Numbered from the stretch's first letter, positions 25,440-33,096 are shown. The stretch: 36,505 nt of DNA from an uncultured Candidatus Saccharibacteria bacterium (GCA_964512715.1 CAZEJX010000001.1:1-36505), one strand, 5' to 3'. The notes: a model not told the origin generated them from the letters alone. Made by a program: numbers and translations.

Positions 25440-27308
25440 ATGCCAAATCGTATACGAACTTATATTGCCCCTGGTTCGAAGCCAGCGGGCGCTCCACGGC
25501 CCGGCTCCGGGCAGGGAGGCAGTAAAAATTCACACCGTCCGCGCAATGCGCGTTCCTTCAGTACGGATCAGCCGATTACCCACTCGAGATCGTCTCACCG
25601 CGGTACGAAGGCCGTTCCGGCGCGCACGGCGAAAATAGCTCCGCCCAAGCACGACGAATTAAAATTCGTGCCGCTTGGCGGTATGGAAGAAGTGGGACGC
25701 AACTGCTCCTACTTTGAATACAAAGATGAAATCGTCATTGTGGACGTTGGTATTCAGTTCCCGGAGGAAGAGACACCGGGCATTGATTTCATCATTCCGA
25801 ATGTCTCTTCTCTTGAACCTAAGAAGAAAAATGTACGCGGTATTCTTCTGACCCACGGTCACTATGACCATATTGCGGCAATTCACTACGTGATTGAAAA
25901 ATTGGGAAATCCAGTTATCTACACGACCGCTTTTACGAAAGCCATTGTTGAAAAACGTCACGAGGAATTTCCGAACGCCCCGAAATTGCGCTTTGAAGTC
26001 GTCACGGACGGCTCCAAAGTGAAGATCTCCGAGAACTTCTCGGCAGAATTCATGCACATCGAACACACCATTCCTGAAGCGTGCGGGTTCGTACTCGACA
26101 CGCCTGCTGGCAAGATGGTGTCCTTCGGCGATTTCCGCCTGGACATCGACCGCGATGGTAACCCTCAGAATCTCGAAGTCTTTGAGCGCCTCGGCAAGAT
26201 GGATATTCACACCGCGTTCCTCGACAGTACCCGTGCGGAAGCGCCGGGGCACTGCCCGGCGGAATCGGTGGTTATTGAAAACCTCGAGCACCTTATCAAG
26301 AACGCGCCGGGCCGGATCATCATCGCTACCTTCGCTTCTATGGTGGATCGCCTCATAGAAATCATCGGCATCGCCGATCGTGTCGGAAAGAAAGTTGCCG
26401 TGAACGGCCGCTCCATGATCGCCAACTTGGATATCGCAAAGCAACTTGGATTCCTTAAGGCAAAGAAGGACGTCATGATTACCCTCGAAGAAGTGCACAA
26501 GCACCGCGACGACAAGGTAGTCATTCTTACCACTGGCACCCAGGGTGAAGCGAACGCCGGACTTATGCGCATTGTGCGCGGCGAGCACCGGGTTATTGCC
26601 TTGAAACCTACCGATACGGTTGTCTTCTCGTCATCCGTCGTGCCGGGCAACGAGCGCAGCGTGCAAACGCTTCAGGACAATATCGCCCGCCAGGTAGATG
26701 AAGTCTACAACTCCAAACTTCTCGACATTCATGCCGGCGGTCATGCCTACAGTGAAGACTTGAAGCTCGTTATGGATATCGTAAAGCCCAAATTCGTAGT
26801 ACCGATTCATGGCTACTTCTATTTCCGCAAATTCGTAGTGAAAATCGCCAAATCACTCGGCATGAAAAAAGAGCAGGTAAAGCTTATTGATAACGGCCAG
26901 CTTTCTATTCTTCGTCCGAATGAGTTTATCGTGACCGAAGAGAAAGTGCCTACAAATTACGTTATGGTTGACGGACTTGGCGTCGGCGACGTGGAGGAAG
27001 TCGTATTGCGCGACCGCGTGAATCTTTCCCAGGAAGGCATGGTGGTCGTGATCGTCGCGATCGGCGCGCACGGCAAGCTTCATAAGAATCCGGATATTAT
27101 CTCCCGCGGTTTCATCTATATCAAAGAGCACAGCACTATCCTTGAGGATATTCGTAAGCGCATTCGCGGCATCTTTGACCGCTTACCCCATGACAAGGAG
27201 ATTGATCCTGATTACGTGAAAACGCTTCTCCGGGATCAGCTTGGCCAGTTCTTGTATACCAAGACGAAACGCCGACCGATGATTTTGCCGGTGGTTATAC
27301 GGGTCTAG
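25440..27308 (+). CDS. rnj: Ribonuclease J with a ~70-aa basic, low-complexity N-terminal extension
   Basis: It has a metallo-beta-lactamase/beta-CASP core: LKFVPLGGMEEVGRNC, LLTHGHYDHIAA, and the later HAGGH and PIHG motifs. ATG 25440 is the only in-frame ATG/GTG/TTG start upstream of the conserved LKFVPLGG region. Confidence 0.9.
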   Translation: MPNRIRTYIAPGSKPAGAPRPGSGQGGSKNSHRPRNARSFSTDQPITHSRSSHRGTKAVPARTAKIAPPKHDELKFVPLGGMEEVGRNCSYFEYKDEIVIVDVGIQFPEEETPGIDFIIPNVSSLEPKKKNVRGILLTHGHYDHIAAIHYVIEKLGNPVIYTTAFTKAIVEKRHEEFPNAPKLRFEVVTDGSKVKISENFSAEFMHIEHTIPEACGFVLDTPAGKMVSFGDFRLDIDRDGNPQNLEVFERLGKMDIHTAFLDSTRAEAPGHCPAESVVIENLEHLIKNAPGRIIIATFASMVDRLIEIIGIADRVGKKVAVNGRSMIANLDIAKQLGFLKAKKDVMITLEEVHKHRDDKVVILTTGTQGEANAGLMRIVRGEHRVIALKPTDTVVFSSSVVPGNERSVQTLQDNIARQVDEVYNSKLLDIHAGGHAYSEDLKLVMDIVKPKFVVPIHGYFYFRKFVVKIAKSLGMKKEQVKLIDNGQLSILRPNEFIVTEEKVPTNYVMVDGLGVGDVEEVVLRDRVNLSQEGMVVVIVAIGAHGKLHKNPDIISRGFIYIKEHSTILEDIRKRIRGIFDRLPHDKEIDPDYVKTLLRDQLGQFLYTKTKRRPMILPVVIRV

Positions 27309-27313
27309 CTTCT

Positions 27314-27367
27314 GTCATCCCGCCGAGTCAGACCTGCCTACCGGCAGGCAGGCTTGGCGGGTTTCAT
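27314..27367 (+). repeat. GTCATYCC-family repeat with nested hairpin; probable rnj terminator
   Basis: The unit begins gtcatcccgccgag. Outer stem cccgccgag (27319..27327) pairs with cttggcggg (27353..27361). The inner hairpin is cctgcctaccggcaggcagg (27333..27352), followed by tttcattt. Confidence 0.7.
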
Positions 27368-27402
27368 TTGAAAACCCCCGCCCTGTATGCCACAATAGAC
27401 GC

Positions 27403-28101
27403 ATGAAAACAGTAGGGATGCTATGTATTGTGGGCATCTTAGTGATAGGCGGTTATTTTATTGTCAAAAATTATCATAATGTCTCTGAGCCCGTAGAGAA
27501 CAGCATCGTAGAGAAGAGCCAGTTCCCCTGCTCCGTACAAGATGGTTGGCAATGTTTCGGCGATATCGATAAAGTGGCTGTAGATTTTTCCGGAGATGGC
27601 AATACGTCTGAAGCCACTCTTTATTCAACGAGCACGAAAACTGAACGGGGCGTAGCATACTTCTTTAATATAGCGGGTGTCACATACGATGCCCCAGTTC
27701 CGATTGGCGCAAGTCGTTGTGAAGTTAAAGCAGTAGATCTGAATAAGGACGGTAAAGAAGAATTATTGATTAGCTGCGGCCAGGATGGAACTGGTGGATA
27801 TAGCACTTTTGGATTGCTTGCGAAGATCAACGGAAAAATACGTTACTTCTATAGCGAATTCTTATTGCCCAATGATGACACTTCTCTGGTTTGGATAAAT
27901 GATATAAGCCCTAAAGGAAGCTGGAGGGATGGAGAAATCCAACAGTACAAGAAATTCTATTACGAATTTAATGGAGCCCGGATAAGATATGCTAACAAAG
28001 AAGATATTTGTTCCTACGGCGGAAAAGAGAATCTCCGCGATACATGCTCGCCGGTCAATCCACCGGAAAAACCAGCTTATATTCCAGGCGAATTTAATTA
28101 A
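27403..28101 (+). CDS. Hypothetical membrane-anchored protein with FG-GAP/VCBS-like segment; visibly more AT-rich than neighbours
   Basis: It has an N-terminal TM (MLCIVGILVIGGYFIV) and a VDLNKDGKEELLISCGQDGTGG segment. There is no SD, and a -10-like CACAAT lies 6 nt before the ATG. Confidence 0.5.
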   Translation: MKTVGMLCIVGILVIGGYFIVKNYHNVSEPVENSIVEKSQFPCSVQDGWQCFGDIDKVAVDFSGDGNTSEATLYSTSTKTERGVAYFFNIAGVTYDAPVPIGASRCEVKAVDLNKDGKEELLISCGQDGTGGYSTFGLLAKINGKIRYFYSEFLLPNDDTSLVWINDISPKGSWRDGEIQQYKKFYYEFNGARIRYANKEDICSYGGKENLRDTCSPVNPPEKPAYIPGEFN

Positions 28102-28104
28102 TAC

Positions 28105-29094
28105 ATGTCTAAACCAACGCTGCTCTCAGGTGTTCAGCCCACCGGAAAACTCCATATCGGTAACTACCTCGGTGCTCTCAAGAATTTCGTAGACCTTCAG
28201 AATTCCGGAAAGTACAAATGCTTCTACGGTATCGTAGATCTGCATTCGCTGACGGAAGATTTTGTTCCCGCGCACAAATCGCAGCAGATATTCGATCTTG
28301 CCGCTGATTTCATTGCAGCTGGTCTTGATCCGGAGAAATCCATTATCTTCCAGCAATCTCAAATTCCCGCGCACACCGAGCTCGCCTGGATTTTTAACAC
28401 CATCACTCCTATGGGCGAGCTTGAGCGCATGACACAGTATAAAGACAAAGCTGCCCGTCAGGAGCAGAATATCAATGTGGGGCTTTTTGATTACCCCGTT
28501 CTTATGGCGGTGGACATCTTGATCTACAGCCCGGAAATCGTGCCGGTCGGAGACGATCAAGTGCAGCACATTGAACTTACCCGTACGATCGCCAGAAAAT
28601 TCAATAAGCGATTCGGGGAAACGTTTAAGGAACCGAAAGTGCTTCTTACGGAAACCTCGCGGGTAATGAACCTTAAAGACCCTACGAAGAAGATGTCCAA
28701 ATCCGATCCGGCAGGATGTCTTTTCTTGGATGATTCCCCGGAAGTCATTATGGATAAAGTGAAGCGCGCCGTGACAGACTCTGGCACGAAGATCTTCTAC
28801 GATCCGGAAAATAAGCCGGCGCTTTCCAATTTGCTCCGTATGTACTCTGCTCTTAGCGGCGAGACTCTGCAGAACACTGAAGAGCGCTTCGCAGGTAAGA
28901 GCTACGCGCAGTTTAAGCTCGAATTAGCGGAAACGATTGCAAATCACTTTGCGCCGTTTCGCGATAAGAAAGCGAAACTTCTCAAGAAGCCCGCTGTACT
29001 TAAGAAAATTCTCCGCGAAGGTTCTGAAGCTGCCGCTAAAGTTGCGAATAAGAAACTTGCCGAGGCGAAAAAGAAGATCGGAATCGTTTTATAG
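28105..29094 (+). CDS. trpS: Tryptophan--tRNA ligase
   Basis: It has SGVQPTGKLHIGNYLG (HIGH-type), GDDQVQHIELTR and KMSKS, and is 329 aa. Confidence 0.95.
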   Translation: MSKPTLLSGVQPTGKLHIGNYLGALKNFVDLQNSGKYKCFYGIVDLHSLTEDFVPAHKSQQIFDLAADFIAAGLDPEKSIIFQQSQIPAHTELAWIFNTITPMGELERMTQYKDKAARQEQNINVGLFDYPVLMAVDILIYSPEIVPVGDDQVQHIELTRTIARKFNKRFGETFKEPKVLLTETSRVMNLKDPTKKMSKSDPAGCLFLDDSPEVIMDKVKRAVTDSGTKIFYDPENKPALSNLLRMYSALSGETLQNTEERFAGKSYAQFKLELAETIANHFAPFRDKKAKLLKKPAVLKKILREGSEAAAKVANKKLAEAKKKIGIVL

Positions 29095-29095
29095 A

Positions 29096-29127
29096 GTCAT
29101 CCTGCGGCCTGCCTGCCGGTAGGCAGG
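29096..29127. repeat. GTCATYCC-family repeat with the same nested hairpin as 27333..27352
   Basis: The unit begins gtcatcctgcgg, then cctgcctgccggtaggcagg (29108..29127), which is the exact reverse complement of 27333..27352. It starts 2 nt after the trpS stop. Confidence 0.75.
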
Positions 29128-29134
29128 TACGCAC

Positions 29135-29158
29135 CGCGCGATCTCATGAGATCGCGCG
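29135..29158. terminator. Perfect 24-bp GC-clamped palindrome between convergent trpS and ileS (possible bidirectional terminator or structure)
   Basis: cgcgcgatctcatgagatcgcgcg is self-complementary. A third tcgcgcgat word follows at 29165..29173. There is no clear U-tract on either strand. Confidence 0.45.
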
Positions 29159-29177
29159 ATCAAGTCGCGCGATAACG

Positions 29178-32100
29178 TTATGTGCGTTCGATGGAAATCT
29201 TCGCTCTGCTTTCGAAATCCTCTGTACCACTTCCTTTCTCTATCTTTGAAATATAGGTTTTTTTCGTATCAAACTGCGCGAAGGCTTTCTCAATTTCTGC
29301 GTCGGAAGTTTCGTAATGTAAAACTGCTTCCTCCCCCACCTTAAAACCTTGAGTTTTGCGAAGTTCCTGTACGAAGCGTTCTAAGTTGCGAGTTAACCCT
29401 TCGAGTTTCAGTTCGGGCGTGAGTTCGGTATCTATGTACATATATGCCGCGCCACGAACATCGGGAAGCGGATATCTCTTAATGGTAGTGTTCGTTTCAT
29501 CCTTATCCAGAAGGTCACTCACCATAGCTTTGATATTTAGTTCAGAAAGAAGTATTTCTGCTAATTCTAGATTTGTAAGAATGAGTTCATCTTTTTCTTT
29601 ATTGACTTGTATGCGTGCCAGCGGCTGGCGTACTGGAATACTAAGCTCTTTTCGAGCGGACAGTCCTGCACTTGCCACACCGCGTACAAGCTCCATCTGC
29701 TTTATTAAGTCTTGTTCCTCGCCGGTGAGCGCTTCTTTTTCCGGCCAAGGCGTTACGTGCACCGAGCCGTGCATGGCCGGGTCTTCGCACATGGTATGCG
29801 TAAGATTCGAGTAGATCACCTCCGCGAGGTGCGGCATGAACGGCGCAATGACTTTCGAGAGCACGATAAGCGTTTCGTAGAAAGCCGGAAAGAACCCGCT
29901 ATCTTCGCGACCGCGAGAGCGGCGTAAATACCAGGTAGAGAAATCATCTACGAATTTTTCTATGGCGCGTGCGGCTTTCACCGTATCGTACGCATCCAAT
30001 TGATCGGTTGTTTCTATTACAAGTTCCTTAGTGCGAGCCCGGATCCAACGGTCGAGGACGTGTTGTTTGTCATCCTGAGGCTTCGCCGAAGGATCTCCTG
30101 CTCTTCCAGAAGGTTCTTCGCTGTCGCTCAGAATGACAGTGGGAGCGTACGTCATGAAGTACTGATATACGTTCCATATAATGAGCGTTACCTTGCGATG
30201 GACGTTACCCAAATCTTTCTCGCTGAAGTTCAGATTCTCGGCCTGCATAATAGTTGACCCCATGAGATAGAATCGCAACGTGTCTACGCCGAATTTATCA
30301 ATCACTAGCCAGGGGTCGGGGTAATTATTCTTAGATTTCGACATCTTGCTGCCGTCTTCGGCGAGGATTGTGCCAGTGGTTAGGAGGTTCTCGACGGGCG
30401 CCTTATTAAACAAGGCGAAATTCATGACGTGCATCAATTGGAACCACGCACGGGTCTGGGCAATGTATTCCGCCACGAACTGCGCCGGGTAGCGATGCTC
30501 AAATACTTCCCTGTTCTCAAAGGGGTAATGGTATTCCGCGAATGGCATGGAGCCGGCTTCGATCCAGGAATCGAAAATCTCCGGCACGCGCCGTGCATTG
30601 CCGCCGCATTTCTCACATTTGACCACTACATTGTCTATATACGGGCGGTGGAGATCAGTGAGCGTAGCCTCTATAGCGTAAGGAATAGCATACTGCGGGT
30701 AATCAACTTCAACGTTCAACTCTTCAAAAACAACCCAGAGCGGATCGCCATGGCTTACTATGAGCACACGCTTTCCCGGATGTTGTGCAGTGATCTCATG
30801 CACTACCTGCATCATGCGGTTTCGAGTTTCCGTCCAGGTTTCTCCGCCTTCCGGTGCGACTTTCCACCACCCTTCTGGAGGGCGGGCTTTGTCAAAATCG
30901 CTATTATGTTTACCATTCCATACGCCGGTATTAAATTCCCGCAATCGCGCATCAGTCACGACCGGCGCGCCGGTTGCCTTGCTCACAATCTCGGCAGTCT
31001 CCTTGGTACGGATAAAATCCGAGGTAATGATGAGATCCAAACCTTTTTCTTTAAGGAGTTCTGCCCCTTTCTTTGCGCTCTCCTTGCCTTTTTCGGTAAG
31101 GTGGAAGGTGTCTTCTTTAGGATCAGAGTTCACGATATCCATCACGTTTTGCTCTGCCTCGGCATGACGCATGAAATACAACGTTGTCGGTTCAAGTTTC
31201 AGATCTGAAACCGATCCCATCACGTGGTTTTCGCCGCAGGATTCACACTTCCATACCGGGATGGGATTACCCCAATAGCGGTTGCGGGAGATATTCCAGT
31301 CCGGCGCGGATTCGAGCGTCTTTTGATAGCGGCCATGTTTCAGGTGCGCCGGGTACCAATTCATTTCCTTATCGTTTGAAGCAAGAAGCCCGGGTTTTAA
31401 TTTCTGCACGTTTACAAACCACGCCGGGATGGCGTTATAGAAGAGCATCGTGCCGCAGCGCCAGCAGTGCGGATAGGAGTGCAGGTGGTTAGCACGAGCG
31501 AAGAGCAAACCGCGCTCCTCAAGATCTTTTTTAATGACACGCTCGGCGTCTTTAAAGTACTCGCCACGGATGAACTCCGGCGCATCTTTATTAAATTTCC
31601 CCTTCTCATCCAAGAGCGGCACCACGGGCAGCCCGACTTCCAGACCCAGCTTGTAGTCATCTTCGCCGTAGACCACTGCAGTGTGGACGATGCCGGTGCC
31701 GTCTTCCGTCGTAACAAAATCGGCTGGGTATACCTTAAAAGCCTTCTCGGATTGGACCGCTTGGATATTGAAAAGCGGCTCATAGGAGAGCCCCGTGAGA
31801 TCTCTGCCCTTCATCTCCGCAACTATCTCGCAATCAGTTTTGAGAGCGACGAGTCTGCTTTTGGCGAGGATAAGTTCTTCTCCCTGAACTTTCACACGCA
31901 CGTAATCAATATCTTTACCCACTGCGAGCGCGACGTTTCCCGGAAGAGTCCAAGGCGTTGTCGTCCAGGCGAGCAGGTAAGCAGGAGTGGCGAGTGGCGA
32001 GTGGCGAGCTTGTTCGCTGCTAATCTTAAACTTCACGTACACGGATTCTTCCTGCACGTCCTTGTAGCTCGAATCCATCGCCACTTCGAAATTCGAAAGC

Positions 32101-32669
32101 GGTGTTTCACAGCGCGGACAATACAAGAGTACCTTGCGTCCCTCGTACACCAAACCTTTGTCGTAGATGGTTTTGAATGCCCACCATACCGACTCCATGA
32201 ACGTGCGGTCCATGGTTTTGTAGGAGTTCTCGAATTCCACCCAGCGACCCAAGCGGCGGACCATCTTCCCCCATTCATCCGCGAATCGGAGCACGGTAGC
32301 GCGACAGGTTTCGTTAAATTTTTGGATGCCGACTTCTTCGATTTGCTTCTTGCCGGAAATGCCGAGCTGGCGTTCCACGATTTCCTCAACCGGCAGGCCG
32401 TGACAATCCCAACCCCAGCGTCGGCGCACAAAATGCCCGCTCATGGTTTGGTAGCGAGGGATAAGATCTTTTATCGTAGAGGCTAAAATATGCCCATAGT
32501 GCGGCAGACCGGTAGCAAACGGCGGGCCATCGTAGAAGGTATACGGAGCGCCGCTTTTGGTCTTTTCAAGCGATTTCTCGAAGGTCTTATCGTTCTCCCA
32601 AAAATCAGCTACTCGCTCTTCGAGCTCAGGAATAGAGAGAGCATCATCAAAAGGCTTTTTATCCTGCAT
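29178..32669 (-). CDS. ileS: Isoleucine--tRNA ligase (type 2-like) carrying a nested histidine-phosphatase domain and an in-frame repeat-element insertion
   Basis: It has PHYGH (HIGH), the WTTTPWTLP editing-domain motif, KMSKS, and the zinc knuckles CPRC, CWRC, CESCG and CEKCGG. The ORF is 1163 aa and uninterrupted. Confidence 0.95.
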   Translation of the reverse strand: MQDKKPFDDALSIPELEERVADFWENDKTFEKSLEKTKSGAPYTFYDGPPFATGLPHYGHILASTIKDLIPRYQTMSGHFVRRRWGWDCHGLPVEEIVERQLGISGKKQIEEVGIQKFNETCRATVLRFADEWGKMVRRLGRWVEFENSYKTMDRTFMESVWWAFKTIYDKGLVYEGRKVLLYCPRCETPLSNFEVAMDSSYKDVQEESVYVKFKISSEQARHSPLATPAYLLAWTTTPWTLPGNVALAVGKDIDYVRVKVQGEELILAKSRLVALKTDCEIVAEMKGRDLTGLSYEPLFNIQAVQSEKAFKVYPADFVTTEDGTGIVHTAVVYGEDDYKLGLEVGLPVVPLLDEKGKFNKDAPEFIRGEYFKDAERVIKKDLEERGLLFARANHLHSYPHCWRCGTMLFYNAIPAWFVNVQKLKPGLLASNDKEMNWYPAHLKHGRYQKTLESAPDWNISRNRYWGNPIPVWKCESCGENHVMGSVSDLKLEPTTLYFMRHAEAEQNVMDIVNSDPKEDTFHLTEKGKESAKKGAELLKEKGLDLIITSDFIRTKETAEIVSKATGAPVVTDARLREFNTGVWNGKHNSDFDKARPPEGWWKVAPEGGETWTETRNRMMQVVHEITAQHPGKRVLIVSHGDPLWVVFEELNVEVDYPQYAIPYAIEATLTDLHRPYIDNVVVKCEKCGGNARRVPEIFDSWIEAGSMPFAEYHYPFENREVFEHRYPAQFVAEYIAQTRAWFQLMHVMNFALFNKAPVENLLTTGTILAEDGSKMSKSKNNYPDPWLVIDKFGVDTLRFYLMGSTIMQAENLNFSEKDLGNVHRKVTLIIWNVYQYFMTYAPTVILSDSEEPSGRAGDPSAKPQDDKQHVLDRWIRARTKELVIETTDQLDAYDTVKAARAIEKFVDDFSTWYLRRSRGREDSGFFPAFYETLIVLSKVIAPFMPHLAEVIYSNLTHTMCEDPAMHGSVHVTPWPEKEALTGEEQDLIKQMELVRGVASAGLSARKELSIPVRQPLARIQVNKEKDELILTNLELAEILLSELNIKAMVSDLLDKDETNTTIKRYPLPDVRGAAYMYIDTELTPELKLEGLTRNLERFVQELRKTQGFKVGEEAVLHYETSDAEIEKAFAQFDTKKTYISKIEKGSGTEDFESRAKISIERT
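30068..30136. repeat. 69-nt GTCATYCTGAG inverted-repeat element inserted in frame inside ileS
   Basis: The sequence is gtcatcctgaggcttcgccgaaggatc...gaaggttcttcgctgtcgctcagaatgac. The termini gtcatcctgag and ctcagaatgac are inverted repeats. It translates as VILSDSEEPSGRAGDPSAKPQDD, between the NVYQYF and DRWI motifs. Confidence 0.8.
30654..31232 (-). other. Histidine phosphatase (phosphoglycerate-mutase-like, branch 1) domain nested in IleRS
   Basis: The insert is 193 aa, between CESCG and LHRPYID. It carries LYFMRHAEAEQN, LTEKGKESA, IITSDFIRTKETAEIV, RLREFNTGVWNG, GETWTE and LIVSHGDPL, which align with GpmB/CobC-type enzymes. Confidence 0.8.
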
Positions 32670-32780
32670 ATGTCCTATAAACTATCAGAAAATAGACGAA
32701 ATTCAAAGTTAATGAGAGCTTAACTTCTTGTGCTAAAATAGAGGCTGCACTTTGGTTCAGAAAAAAGATGGAGCTTGGGG

Positions 32781-33059
32781 ATGGAAGAAAAGCGCTCGGA
32801 GCCACTCGATAATCGCATGCGAGAGTATGCGAAAGACCTCATCCGCAGAATACGGGAGGGTAAATACGCAGGATTGAATTTTTCCCATTTGAGAAACGAT
32901 CCGCGCACGATTGTCGCAGACATCATCTGCCACCACCACTTTCACGATCTTATGAATCCTGAGGAGCTTAGAACATGGATACACGACGCAGAAAACGGTG
33001 AGCCCCTGCCGAGCTCAAAAAGGGACACTCCCATCACTCCAGTGAAGATCAATAATTAA
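32781..33059 (+). CDS. Hypothetical small protein (92 aa), His-rich patch CHHHFHD
   Basis: The ATG lies 7 nt after GGAG and a terminator hairpin follows immediately. I recognise no family. Confidence 0.45.
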   Translation: MEEKRSEPLDNRMREYAKDLIRRIREGKYAGLNFSHLRNDPRTIVADIICHHHFHDLMNPEELRTWIHDAENGEPLPSSKRDTPITPVKINN

Positions 33060-33064
33060 CCCCT

Positions 33065-33096
33065 GCCGCCCTCACTCTTCAAAGGGCGGCTTTTTA
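33065..33096 (+). terminator. Rho-independent terminator; its T-tract overlaps the argS stop codon on the opposite strand
   Basis: Stem gccgccct (33065..33072) pairs with agggcggc (33083..33090), followed by ttttt. Confidence 0.65.

Noticed and set aside
23081-30136. The GTCATYCC repeats could be a degenerate CRISPR array.
   Set aside because: The copies are kilobases apart with irregular spacing, in mixed orientations and with different lengths. They are separated by ordinary genes, and there are no cas genes.
30654-31232. The ileS insert could be an intein or a separate gene fused by misassembly.
   Set aside because: The junctions lack intein block motifs: there is no Cys/Ser/Thr-initiated N-extein junction and no terminal HN. 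The insert has clear histidine-phosphatase motifs, and the frame is continuous with canonical IleRS sequence on both sides. Misassembly cannot be fully excluded without reads.
31986-32008. A tandem heptanucleotide repeat (agtggcg x3.3) inside the ileS coding sequence, which could be a slipped-strand phase-variation tract.
   Set aside because: There are only three units. Their combined length of 21 nt keeps the frame. They lie in an essential gene, where frameshifting would be lethal. This is most simply a chance repeat encoding RHSPLATP in a variable loop of the editing domain.
31467-32486. A 339-aa plus-strand ORF. Similar long antisense ORFs occur at 1546..2274, 5548..6234, 9679..10638, 25659..26588, 30429..31208 and 33712..34479.
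   Set aside because: Each lies entirely opposite a gene with strong family motifs (ileS, rSAM, transketolase, methyltransferase, rnj, argS). Their translations are Arg/Ser/His-rich and low-complexity with no recognisable motifs. These are typical mirror-frame ORFs.
32670-32780. T-box leaders might lie upstream of ileS, argS or trpS.
   Set aside because: The upstream regions are too short to hold a T-box (~200 nt or more): 111 nt shared with a divergent gene for ileS, 119 nt shared with smpB for argS, and 3 nt for trpS. No specifier or antiterminator structure is evident.
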